Origin: Patescibacteria group bacterium
Lineage (GTDB): Bacteria; Patescibacteriota; Minisyncoccia; Phycocordibacterales; UBA9973
Direction: 5' to 3'
NCBI GenBank assembly: GCA_040390725.1
Contig: JAZJXT010000006.1
Coordinates: 367 to 64,366, forward strand
DNA length: 64,000 nt
Shown here: positions 10,172 to 18,637 of the stretch, one piece after another
Layout: each line of letters starts with the position of its first letter
Position numbering within the stretch: the stretch's first letter is position 1
Notes under the pieces: model-generated
Databases searched by the model: none
What the model saw: the letters and a program-made list of their open reading frames with translations, nothing else
What the model was told of the DNA's origin: nothing
Position numbers and translations under genes: made by a program

Positions 10172-10250
10172 AAACACCAGCTTTTTTAGAAAGCTGGTGT
10201 TTGGGTTGTTTTATTTAAAATTTACGACACAAAAATCAGCTTTCTATTGA
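10172..10250. repeat. ~80-bp repeat (R8 copy 2) upstream of the ser operon
   Basis: See 5745-5825. Includes the hairpin aacaccagcttttttagaaagctggtgtt. Confidence 0.55.
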
Positions 10251-10375
10251 ATTAGAAGCTGATGAGGAAGCTACAGAAAGCCCGGAAATTTTCTTTAAAA
10301 TTGTGGCTGATCTAAACATAATATGAATATAGCACATAATAACAAATTATAAAAGTCAGCTGTGGAAAACCCTTT

Positions 10376-12010
10376 TTAATGCTGATAAAATCCTCTCGCC
10401 TCCGAATCAGGAATCATTATTAAATTCACACCTTTTTCTTTGCAAAGCTCTACTGTTTTGTCATCATTTACCGAGCCGGAAGTGGAAAAAATTGTTTTTA
10501 CTCCCCTGTCTATTAATACCTTAGGCGCATCAGGAAATGGGAAGAAACTATCACTATATGCCACTGCATTATTCAAATCCGCCTCTTTTGCATTTGCATC
10601 AAAAGTTCTAGCTGCATCATCGGCACGCAAAAGAGCAAGCTTTGCAGCGCCGACGCGGTCTTGCTGACCGACACCATTACCTACTAGCCGTCCATCTTTT
10701 ACTAAAGTTATCGTATTGCTATTTGAAGTCGCCCCCACCGCCCAAGCTAGCACAATATTTTGCATTTCCTCCTCCCTTATGGGGAGGATTGAGGAGGGGC
10801 GTATTTCAGGCACAAAATCATAGTTCGGTTGCATCATAAATCCACCTCGCACATAACGAAATCTTTTTGCAGTATCGAGCGACGCCATTCCCGCTTTTTC
10901 TATATTTTTATTTGCGAGTAATCTACACTTCCCTTTTTTTCTAGAAAGTATATCTATTGCTTCCGCTGAAAATGAAGGCGCGGAAACAATATCGAGCAAC
11001 CTCCTCACTCCTTCCGGAGAATATTTATGAATTAATTCTTCCGCTATTTTTTCATCGACATGAAAATTGAGCATCACTGAACCGCCGAAAATAGCACGCA
11101 AATCACCAAGCAACATTTTACCAACTGCTTCTATTCCGTCTTCTCCAAATCCCGCTCCGCAAGCATTGCCGTGTTTTGCACCAATTGCTATAAATGGAAC
11201 TTTCCCAAAATTTTTCTCAAACCCCGCGCCGATATGCGTCATAGTTTGCATCATTCTGTCCAAATCACAAATGTTGTTATAACTCATCGGACTTCCTGCT
11301 ACGAGCTCCCATTTATGAATCGCCAAACTGTCACCACCAGATAAATTCTCATACAGACTCGCCGGCTTCTGATAAGCATTCTCACCATAAACACATTCTA
11401 AATTTTTCTTGCCGAAAATTCCTTTGTATCCTCCAGCACTGTGATACTCACTAGAAATAGAACAATATTTTGAAACTACCGCTTCTACTTTTGCCGCTAA
11501 ATTATTTAAAAATTCTTCACGATTTTCTTCACCATTTTTTAACCACTCTAAAACTTTCATTCTATCGAGAGGGTCACAAATAGTAATGCGTCTGCCTTTT
11601 GCACCCGAGCGAATCAATGCTACTCCACCCATATCCGTCTGTGCTATGACGGATTCTTTTGTAGCTTCCGGTTTTGCTATTTCATTTTCCAATGGATATA
11701 AATCAGAACAAACTAAATCAATCCAAGGAATTTCATATTTCTCAAGTTCAGCCAAATGTTCCGGCGTGTCGAGAGCCAAAAGCCCGCCATGAATTTTCGG
11801 ATGAAGGGTAACTACGCGATGACTCAAAATAGCGGGTACTCCGGTAATGTCTGCAACATCAGTGACAGCTATCCCCGCTTCAGTTAAATGTTTTGCTGTA
11901 CCTCCGGAAGAAATTATTTTCCAACCCAAAGCCACTAAGCCCTCGGCAAATTCTTTGATACCTTGCTTGTCATATACTGATATTAGGGCTGTTTTTTGCT
12001 TATTTTGCAT
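10376..12010 (-). CDS. purH: bifunctional AICAR transformylase / IMP cyclohydrolase
   Basis: N-terminal MGS-like domain ALISVYDKQGI...SSGGTAK...TLHPKIHGG, colinear with PurH. Confidence 0.8.
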   Translation of the reverse strand: MQNKQKTALISVYDKQGIKEFAEGLVALGWKIISSGGTAKHLTEAGIAVTDVADITGVPAILSHRVVTLHPKIHGGLLALDTPEHLAELEKYEIPWIDLVCSDLYPLENEIAKPEATKESVIAQTDMGGVALIRSGAKGRRITICDPLDRMKVLEWLKNGEENREEFLNNLAAKVEAVVSKYCSISSEYHSAGGYKGIFGKKNLECVYGENAYQKPASLYENLSGGDSLAIHKWELVAGSPMSYNNICDLDRMMQTMTHIGAGFEKNFGKVPFIAIGAKHGNACGAGFGEDGIEAVGKMLLGDLRAIFGGSVMLNFHVDEKIAEELIHKYSPEGVRRLLDIVSAPSFSAEAIDILSRKKGKCRLLANKNIEKAGMASLDTAKRFRYVRGGFMMQPNYDFVPEIRPSSILPIREEEMQNIVLAWAVGATSNSNTITLVKDGRLVGNGVGQQDRVGAAKLALLRADDAARTFDANAKEADLNNAVAYSDSFFPFPDAPKVLIDRGVKTIFSTSGSVNDDKTVELCKEKGVNLIMIPDSEARGFYQH

Positions 12011-12033
12011 AATTTATTCTAAATTTTTACTTA

Positions 12034-12103
12034 AAAACAAAAGCACCCCGAGCAAATGCAAGGGATGCTTTTATTATAGTACTTTTGAAAAGTTATTTCA
12101 ATT
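12034..12103 (-). promoter_or_regulatory. R2a: consensus sigma70-like promoter (TTGAAA-17-TATAAT) followed by a leader hairpin and U-tract, upstream of purH
   Basis: The minus strand reads ttgaaataacttttcaaaagtactataat, then agcatcccttgcatttgctcggggtgcttttgttttt, then ATG of purH. Near-identical copy at 13598-13668. Confidence 0.55.
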
Positions 12104-12905
12104 AATTATTATTTGTACTTTCCACTATAGTTTGCTTATCTATATTCCAATGTATAGCTTTATTCTTAAGAATTTTTCGTGCTGATAGATCGTTAATATA
12201 AACGTCTTTCCATAACCGTAAAACGTCATCGTGTTTTTCAACTAAAAATACTAACTTTTTTTCTAATTTAGTTATCACTGTTTTTAAGCCGGAAGGATTT
12301 ACCCTAACAAGGTTAATTACTTCATCCAGAATTTGCCTTGTTTCTTTAAAGTTTTGCGCATTATCTATTTTGCTATTCATAATAAATGCAATCTTAGGAA
12401 TGACTTTATTATTTTCAAATATCTCTATTTCTTGCATAGTCTCTGCGTCCCCTGAATCACCAAACGAAACTCCTGGCTCAAAAAATATATTATTTAAATC
12501 TTCTAATGAATTTGTATTTTTTATATCCTGCTCAAGAAGTTGAAAATATTTATTTACAAAACTTTTAAAAAGAGGGCGATCAGACTGTCTAATTTTTACA
12601 AAATAATGAATATGGAGATTTTTAAAATCAGAAAGTTCTTCGATTGTTGTTTTTGCACTATTTATTTTATTAGTAAATTGAGCAATAAACATCTCTTCTG
12701 CCATCTTAGCTTCAATTGGAGCATTTTTTGTACTATCTCGCTTGTACTCCTCCTCTATTTTTTCAGATTCTTGTTTCTGTTGAAATTCAGTATGCTTAAC
12801 AAGTCCTTCACCAATAGCAAGCCCTGCGAGAACAGCTAAGGCATTAGTAACTAAAGGGTTAGCCATAATTTTCTTTCCTATATTCATTCCTTCTTTTTTT
12901 CCCAT
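12102..12905 (-). CDS. hypothetical protein with an N-terminal TM segment
   Basis: ORF track. Confidence 0.35.
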   Translation of the reverse strand: MGKKEGMNIGKKIMANPLVTNALAVLAGLAIGEGLVKHTEFQQKQESEKIEEEYKRDSTKNAPIEAKMAEEMFIAQFTNKINSAKTTIEELSDFKNLHIHYFVKIRQSDRPLFKSFVNKYFQLLEQDIKNTNSLEDLNNIFFEPGVSFGDSGDAETMQEIEIFENNKVIPKIAFIMNSKIDNAQNFKETRQILDEVINLVRVNPSGLKTVITKLEKKLVFLVEKHDDVLRLWKDVYINDLSARKILKNKAIHWNIDKQTIVESTNNN

Positions 12906-13026
12906 AAATTTATTATAAAGTTAATTAGTAATCCGACTCATATATAGTACTCTCTCTCTCTGCACGTCAAGCAAGTATGATTATCCACAGATTCATTTAC
13001 TTGTACATATCTACTAAATATGGTAT

Positions 13027-13129
13027 CTTATAAATGTGCCTGTGGGCGTAAGCCCCTTATCGGCTAAGGATCTTCCAAAGCTGAAGACAGGTACATAAAA
13101 AAACCCAAGCCAGTGCTTGGTTTTTTTTA
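13027..13129 (+). ncRNA. R3a: candidate ~100-nt structured RNA with GNRA hairpin (gggcGTAAgccc) and its own intrinsic terminator, convergent with the 3' end of 13132-13578
   Basis: ~80% identity to the minus-strand copy at 47497-47593, with different but self-complementary terminator stems (compensatory). Ends in aaacccaagccagtgcttggtttttttt. Confidence 0.5.
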
Positions 13130-13131
13130 TT

Positions 13132-13578
13132 TTAATCTTCGTCTATTCCCTGAGTGTAAAGTCTTTGGTCGTATGGCATAACACTCCAAAACATTATATT
13201 GCCATCTCCGACTTGCTTTAAAATAATTTTTATTTTATGTTTTTTGTTATTTAATATCGCATGAAATCCCCAATACTGAACTTGTTTCATTTTATAAAAA
13301 CCGTCGTTTTGCATTTTACCATATTTTTCAATTTGCATACGATGCTCTTGAAGCGTTCCGCATTTAGGAATTATTTCTAATGCTTTTTTGAGAAGTATAA
13401 ATTTTAATATTTGCTCTTTGAGATTTCTCGGGGTACGATTCGGCTTATACTGAAGATGATTGAAACCATCTGAATTTAAAATTATTTTCGTTTGAAAATA
13501 CGGGCAATGAATTTCTTTTCTAAATTCATAAAGTGCTTTTGCTTTTGCGCGAATGTTTTCAAAATCTTGCATAATCAA
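13132..13578 (-). CDS. hypothetical protein, paralog family X (HCP...NS.GF.HL.Y...GDGNI.F.SV motifs)
   Basis: Clear paralogy with 47042-47455 (shared motifs HCP, IILNSDGFNHLQY/IIFNSKGFYHLRY, VGDGNIMFWSV/IGDGNITFLSV). No known family recognised. Confidence 0.5.
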   Translation of the reverse strand: MIMQDFENIRAKAKALYEFRKEIHCPYFQTKIILNSDGFNHLQYKPNRTPRNLKEQILKFILLKKALEIIPKCGTLQEHRMQIEKYGKMQNDGFYKMKQVQYWGFHAILNNKKHKIKIILKQVGDGNIMFWSVMPYDQRLYTQGIDED

Positions 13579-13597
13579 AAGTATAACACAAAAATTA

Positions 13598-13668
13598 AAA
13601 ACAAAAGCGCCCCGAGCAAATGCAAGGGATGCTTCTATTATAGTACTTTTGAAAAGTTATTTCAATTC
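13598..13668 (-). promoter_or_regulatory. R2b: second copy of the promoter/leader-hairpin module, upstream of paralog X1
   Basis: ttgaaataacttttcaaaagtactataat plus hairpin gcatcccttgcatttgctcggggcgc plus U-run; ~90% identical to 12034-12103. Confidence 0.55.
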
Positions 13669-13710
13669 TACCACGGAGGAGTTTTCTCTGTAAAATAATT
13701 TACCTAATAT

Positions 13711-14013
13711 CTATGTGGGCTGTCCAGTATCCTTATCTATCAAATAATCCCCTATCAGATTTCCATTCTTATTAAAAACTTCCATGGAAAAACAAGAAGC
13801 CATTTTTTTACTCATTGAATTCTTAAAAACAACCGTGTTGCCTTCCTTTCCGTCACTTAAACTAACAAATTCATTTAAAATATTCTCGGGATCAAGCTTA
13901 TGAAAAGATACTAATTTTTCTATTGCCTGATCAACTGTTAAAACTTCTCCAATTTTAACAAAATCACTGAACACAGGTGGTTTATCTTTTTTACTACTCT
14001 CCATGGTAACCAT
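13711..14013 (-). CDS. hypothetical protein
   Basis: ORF track. Confidence 0.3.
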   Translation of the reverse strand: MVTMESSKKDKPPVFSDFVKIGEVLTVDQAIEKLVSFHKLDPENILNEFVSLSDGKEGNTVVFKNSMSKKMASCFSMEVFNKNGNLIGDYLIDKDTGQPT

Positions 14014-14201
14014 AAATTTTTTATATTTAAACTATTCCAATCCGACCTCTATATAATACCCCACTATAGTCATTTAGCAAGGACAGTTATACACAGGTAA
14101 AATGTCTATTTATCTATATAGAAAAGACAGTATACATCCAGAAAAAATAAAATACCCTTTCGGGCATTTTATTTTTTAATATATTTTTTATTTTATATTA
14201 G

Positions 14202-14573
14202 TTATTTCAACTCAACTTTGCCACCTACTTCTTCGATTTTCTTTTTAACTTCTTCAGCTTCAGCTTTCTTCATACCTTCTTTCAATGTAGCTGGAGCGCC
14301 GTCTACTAAATCTTTCGCTTCTTTCAATCCTAGACCCAAGACTTCTTTTACGATTTTCATAACAGCGATTTTTTGTTCACCTGCTGATGCTAGCACTACT
14401 GTGTAAGCACTCTTTTCTTCTTCAGCTCCGGCGCCAGCGCCTGCTGCAGGACCAGCCACAGCGACAGCCGCAGCAGATACTCCGAATTTTTCTTCGATAG
14501 CCTTTACTAAATCATTAAGATCAAGCACAGACATACCTTCTATTTTTTCTAACAAATCTTTAAATTTTTCCAT
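14202..14573 (-). CDS. rplL: 50S ribosomal protein L7/L12
   Basis: Ala/Gly-rich hinge and the conserved C-terminal domain [27 protein letters not shown]. Confidence 0.9.
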   Translation of the reverse strand: MEKFKDLLEKIEGMSVLDLNDLVKAIEEKFGVSAAAVAVAGPAAGAGAGAEEEKSAYTVVLASAGEQKIAVMKIVKEVLGLGLKEAKDLVDGAPATLKEGMKKAEAEEVKKKIEEVGGKVELK

Positions 14574-14601
14574 AATAATATTTAAGTTAAATTTTTAATA
14601 A

Positions 14602-15081
14602 TTATTTCTTCTTTGCAACTTCGTTTAATCCTAATGCCAATCTTTGCATAGGAGATTTCAACAAGTATGCCAATTGCGAAAGTAAAACTTCTCGTCCTGG
14701 TATCGTTGCTATTTCCATCATTCTCGTTCCGCTCACAAATTGTCCTTCGAAAATTCCTCCCAAGATATTCAACATATCTTTGTGAGTTTTCTGGAAATTG
14801 TAAACTTCGCGAGCTGGCGCTATTTCATCAGATGAATAAGCTATTGCTACTTCACCTCCGAGCTCCGGCAATTCGCCTTTTGCTTTTCCGGCTAATGCTC
14901 TCTTTAATAAAGTCTTTCGAGAAACTCTATAAGACACTCCTTGATTTCGCAAATTTTTGCGAAGAACTGTCTCATCTCCGGCATGAATGCCGTGAAAGTT
15001 TACGAAGACAAGAGACTTTGACCCCGAGACAGCTGTCTCAAGATCCTTTATCATTCCTTCTTTTATATTTTTTGTTATCAT
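14602..15081 (-). CDS. rplJ: 50S ribosomal protein L10
   Basis: Position immediately upstream of rplL; size and sequence typical of L10. Confidence 0.8.
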   Translation of the reverse strand: MITKNIKEGMIKDLETAVSGSKSLVFVNFHGIHAGDETVLRKNLRNQGVSYRVSRKTLLKRALAGKAKGELPELGGEVAIAYSSDEIAPAREVYNFQKTHKDMLNILGGIFEGQFVSGTRMMEIATIPGREVLLSQLAYLLKSPMQRLALGLNEVAKKK

Positions 15082-15339
15082 AATTTGATTTCAATAAAAA
15101 AAGCAGCTTTTCAGCCGCAAATTAATACACCAATGTATCGACCCCTAAGCAGGACTTCTTCCCTTTTCTCCGGGACGCCTACTGTCATTGCGGTATGTTC
15201 AATATAGCATATTTACAATAAATTGCAAGATTATTTTAAAGTTGTCCACACTTTTGCTTGCATACTTCTACACATTTGTTATTATATAAATAACTTTGGC
15301 TTCGGCCTCCGAGAAACCCCCGCAAGGGGGTTTCGTTGT

Positions 15340-15648
15340 TTATATATAATTTTTTAATTTATTTTTTATAACTTCAAATTCTTCAACAGGGATAACTGCT
15401 ATTTTACGAGCAAGTCTTCTGGTATCAATTAATTTTACCTGAGAAATAATAGCTGATGAACCAGTAGATGGTATTTCTACATACCAAGAACCTTTCTTTT
15501 TATTTGAAGTTAAAGGCACACCGATAAATGTATTTAATGTAACTTTTTTAATAACCAAAACCGGACGCTCAAAAAGCTCGTGTTTTCCACTTTGCTCACT
15601 GCCGATATTTAAACCGACAGAACAAAACCAAATGTCTCTTTCTGACAC
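15340..15648 (-). CDS. mazF: MazF/PemK-family endoribonuclease toxin; no obvious partner antitoxin ORF
   Basis: GLNIGSEQSGKHELFERPVLVIKK matches the MazF/PemK core. Followed by a strong hairpin terminator (gaaacccccgcaagggggtttc). Confidence 0.55.
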   Translation of the reverse strand: MSERDIWFCSVGLNIGSEQSGKHELFERPVLVIKKVTLNTFIGVPLTSNKKKGSWYVEIPSTGSSAIISQVKLIDTRRLARKIAVIPVEEFEVIKNKLKNYI

Positions 15649-15799
15649 ATAAATTGGATTGCGATTATTTATTTTTTTCTTTAATTCATTCCACTCATCA
15701 AAATCTTGAATTCAGCAAGTATAACACGCATGCAATAAAAACCTTGTAAAAAAACTAATAATCTTTATTTAAAATAGAAAAATAAGGTATAATACTTAA

Positions 15800-16633
15800 A
15801 TGTTATCTACAATAATACCAATAGCTTCCGCATTTTTGGCGGCAATCGCCGGGATATTGGCTCGTGTTTTACTTAAAGACACTCCCGCAAAAAAAATGCT
15901 GTCTATAAATTTCCTTATTATGGGAGCAACGCTTCTTGTAATATCCCCTTTCTTTTATAAATTTACAGCTTCTTGGCAAAGTGTTAGTATCGTACTTTTA
16001 ATTGCAATCATTGATACTCTTGGAAATTATTTTTATTTCAAAACATTTGAAAAAACAGAAGCGAGCATTGCTCTGCCATTACTATCTCTCGCTCCGGTTG
16101 TAACATTTTTCTTTGGAGCAATTATTTTAAATGAATATACTTCAATACTTAAAATTATAAGCTCGTTAGTAATTGTTGTGCTTATTATTGTAATTTCAAT
16201 AGACTGGAATGAACTGCCAAAATTTAGAAAAGCAACATTATACCCGGCGCTAATTTCAGCATTTTTATTTGGACTATCAGCTATCCCAAGCAAATATCTA
16301 CTTTCAACCATTCACGCCATAAATGCGCCGACTCTATATATGTTTCGTGCAATACTTATCGGAATTTTTGCACTTATGTTTTTAAAAAACTCGTTGAGTA
16401 ATCTAAAAACAAAAACATACGGCTTTATATTTATCAGAGGGTTATTTGTTATAGGACAATGGATTCTTCTTTATTATGCGATAACCTTAGGCAACACAGG
16501 GGTTGCAGTCACCCTAGGAAATATCACTCCTATATTTGTACTATTTTTAAGTCTTATTTTTCTCAAAGAGAAATTCAATTGGAAAAAAGCTTTGGCAGCA
16601 ATTGCAATTCTTGCCATATCTTTTACGCTTTAA
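15800..16633 (+). CDS. DMT/EamA-family transporter (about 10 TM)
   Basis: Two internally repeated 5-TM halves; hydropathy pattern typical of EamA. Confidence 0.5.
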   Translation: MLSTIIPIASAFLAAIAGILARVLLKDTPAKKMLSINFLIMGATLLVISPFFYKFTASWQSVSIVLLIAIIDTLGNYFYFKTFEKTEASIALPLLSLAPVVTFFFGAIILNEYTSILKIISSLVIVVLIIVISIDWNELPKFRKATLYPALISAFLFGLSAIPSKYLLSTIHAINAPTLYMFRAILIGIFALMFLKNSLSNLKTKTYGFIFIRGLFVIGQWILLYYAITLGNTGVAVTLGNITPIFVLFLSLIFLKEKFNWKKALAAIAILAISFTL

Positions 16634-17163
16634 TTTTTATTAAAGACAGAGACAAACTTCCCTTCGGAAATTCTTTTAGCAACTTCGGACGAGCCGAATA
16701 TTTGTCCATTCATGCAAACATACACTCCTGGTTTTAAAGTTTTTACAGATGCTAAGGCGTAACCTAAATTAAAAGGTGCATCAGATGGCGAGAATCCCGT
16801 CAGAGGTATCATCGCCCCAGTTAAAATAATCACTTTATCTTTTCTTTTCAACTGCGATGTTAAAAATCTGGCAGTATCAGGCATAGTATATGTGCCGTGC
16901 GTAATTATTATTTTTTTTGACTTTGATTTTTCTATAGCTTTTAAAATTTTCTTTAAATCTTCACTCGTTAAAGAGCGGCTATCTTTCATGCAAATATCAA
17001 CAAAAGAAATTACACCCCCCCCCTCAATTTTTAAACTTTTTATAAAAGAAGGTAACACGGATTTCTTCAAAGGAACAATAGCATCCTTTATGCCTTCATA
17101 ATAAGAATCAATCGTCCCGCCTGTTATAATAAACTCTATATTTTGATTGTTTTTCATAACCAC
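16630..17163 (-). CDS. L-asparaginase N-terminal-domain protein
   Basis: IITGGTIDS and ITHGTYTM correspond to the asparaginase TGGTI and HGTDTM motifs. Only ~177 aa (one domain). Confidence 0.5.
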   Translation of the reverse strand: MVMKNNQNIEFIITGGTIDSYYEGIKDAIVPLKKSVLPSFIKSLKIEGGGVISFVDICMKDSRSLTSEDLKKILKAIEKSKSKKIIITHGTYTMPDTARFLTSQLKRKDKVIILTGAMIPLTGFSPSDAPFNLGYALASVKTLKPGVYVCMNGQIFGSSEVAKRISEGKFVSVFNKN

Positions 17164-17450
17164 ATAATAACAAAAACAAAACTTAAATACAAATAAAAAA
17201 AGTCCTCCCCAGGGGGAAGACCATAATTAATTACTCTAGTCGCCACCCAGACCAAAGGCCTGGATCAGTCTCACACAGTGAGACCCGTTTTAAAAATAAA
17301 CTAATCTTCTTAATTAATGTGAATCAGGCTTTTAATTAAAATAAGAAAATCTATTGCAAGAACTCGCGAACGAGGTCGAGGAACTAACTGCATTTAGCAT
17401 AACATAAGTAAAAGCTAAAAGAAATAATTTTAATACTCCCTCATTGAAAC

Positions 17451-18578
17451 TTACGCGTCGACTTTTTTGATGAGGTTATCTGGAGTAACGACACTTGTTT
17501 TTGCATTTGGATATAATTTTAAAAACTCCTTGAAAGATACATCTGTGTCGCTCCATTTACATTCATAAGCGATGATGTCCAATCCTGATTTTTCAATAAA
17601 ATCTATTTCTAAACCGGTTCGTGTTCTCCAAAACATTATCTCCGGAGGAAAAGTTTCCAGTGTTCCATATTTTAACCTTTCCGTTATAAAAAAATTCTCA
17701 AATATCACCCCTTTATCAGCCCTAACTTCAAGCAATTTTTTAATATCAACAAGAGAATTCCTCACGCCAAGATCTAAGAAAAAAACCTTAAAAGCTTTCT
17801 TCAACTCATTACGAGAATTTTGCGAAAAAGAATGAACTATTTTAATAATGAAAGATTGCTCGAGTAAACGAAGATATTTCTGCACCACGGAACGGCTTAT
17901 GCCCAAACTCACAGAAAGCTCATTTACTGAAACCATCTGCCCTATTTGCAAGGCAAGCATTTTTACCAAATCTTCAAAAATACGCGGATTGCGTATTGCT
18001 TCAAAAACAAAAACATCTTTATATAAATAATTAGTGGCTATATTTTTTAAAACAATTTCTTTTTCAGCTCTTGTTTCGGCTGATACAACGGCGGGATAAG
18101 TTCCAAAAAGCAAATAATCCATCAGGTCTTCTTTTGTAATATTTTTTACCATTCTAATTTCTTTAAGAGAAAGAGGCAAAAGAATAAATTCAAAAACTCT
18201 GCCGGTCATCGGTTCGTTTATTTTATTCGCCAAATCAAAAGAGCTTGAACCGGTGGCAATAATTTGAATCTCGGGATATGTGTCATGAAATACTTTTAAA
18301 ATTGTACCGATATCTTGAATAGTTTGAGCTTCATCAAAAACAACAATTTTTTTACCTTTTATCAAAGACAATAAAGCATTAGGTTTACCGACTATAAAAT
18401 GTTCTCGAACATCATTAATCTGGCAATCAAAATATGCGCCATCATTGCCATACTGACTAATAATTTTTTTTGACAAAGTAGTCTTGCCGGACTGTCTGGG
18501 TCCTAAAATTGCAATCATTCTGCCCTTAAACAATAAAGACTCTATTTTGGATTCTATTTGACGCTTATATATAATCAT
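17451..18578 (-). CDS. AAA+ ATPase of the COG1373/DUF4143 type, inserted at a duplicated secY 3' end
   Basis: Walker A GPRQSGKTT, Walker B VVFDEAQ and a C-terminal DUF4143-like region. Its last 7 codons (LIKKVDA) and ~50 nt duplicate the secY 3' end. Confidence 0.6.
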   Translation of the reverse strand: MIIYKRQIESKIESLLFKGRMIAILGPRQSGKTTLSKKIISQYGNDGAYFDCQINDVREHFIVGKPNALLSLIKGKKIVVFDEAQTIQDIGTILKVFHDTYPEIQIIATGSSSFDLANKINEPMTGRVFEFILLPLSLKEIRMVKNITKEDLMDYLLFGTYPAVVSAETRAEKEIVLKNIATNYLYKDVFVFEAIRNPRIFEDLVKMLALQIGQMVSVNELSVSLGISRSVVQKYLRLLEQSFIIKIVHSFSQNSRNELKKAFKVFFLDLGVRNSLVDIKKLLEVRADKGVIFENFFITERLKYGTLETFPPEIMFWRTRTGLEIDFIEKSGLDIIAYECKWSDTDVSFKEFLKLYPNAKTSVVTPDNLIKKVDA

Positions 18579-18637
18579 ATAATAGTCATTATAACAATTT
18601 GCTCTTTAAAAAGCAAATTGTCTTTAAATACAAAATC

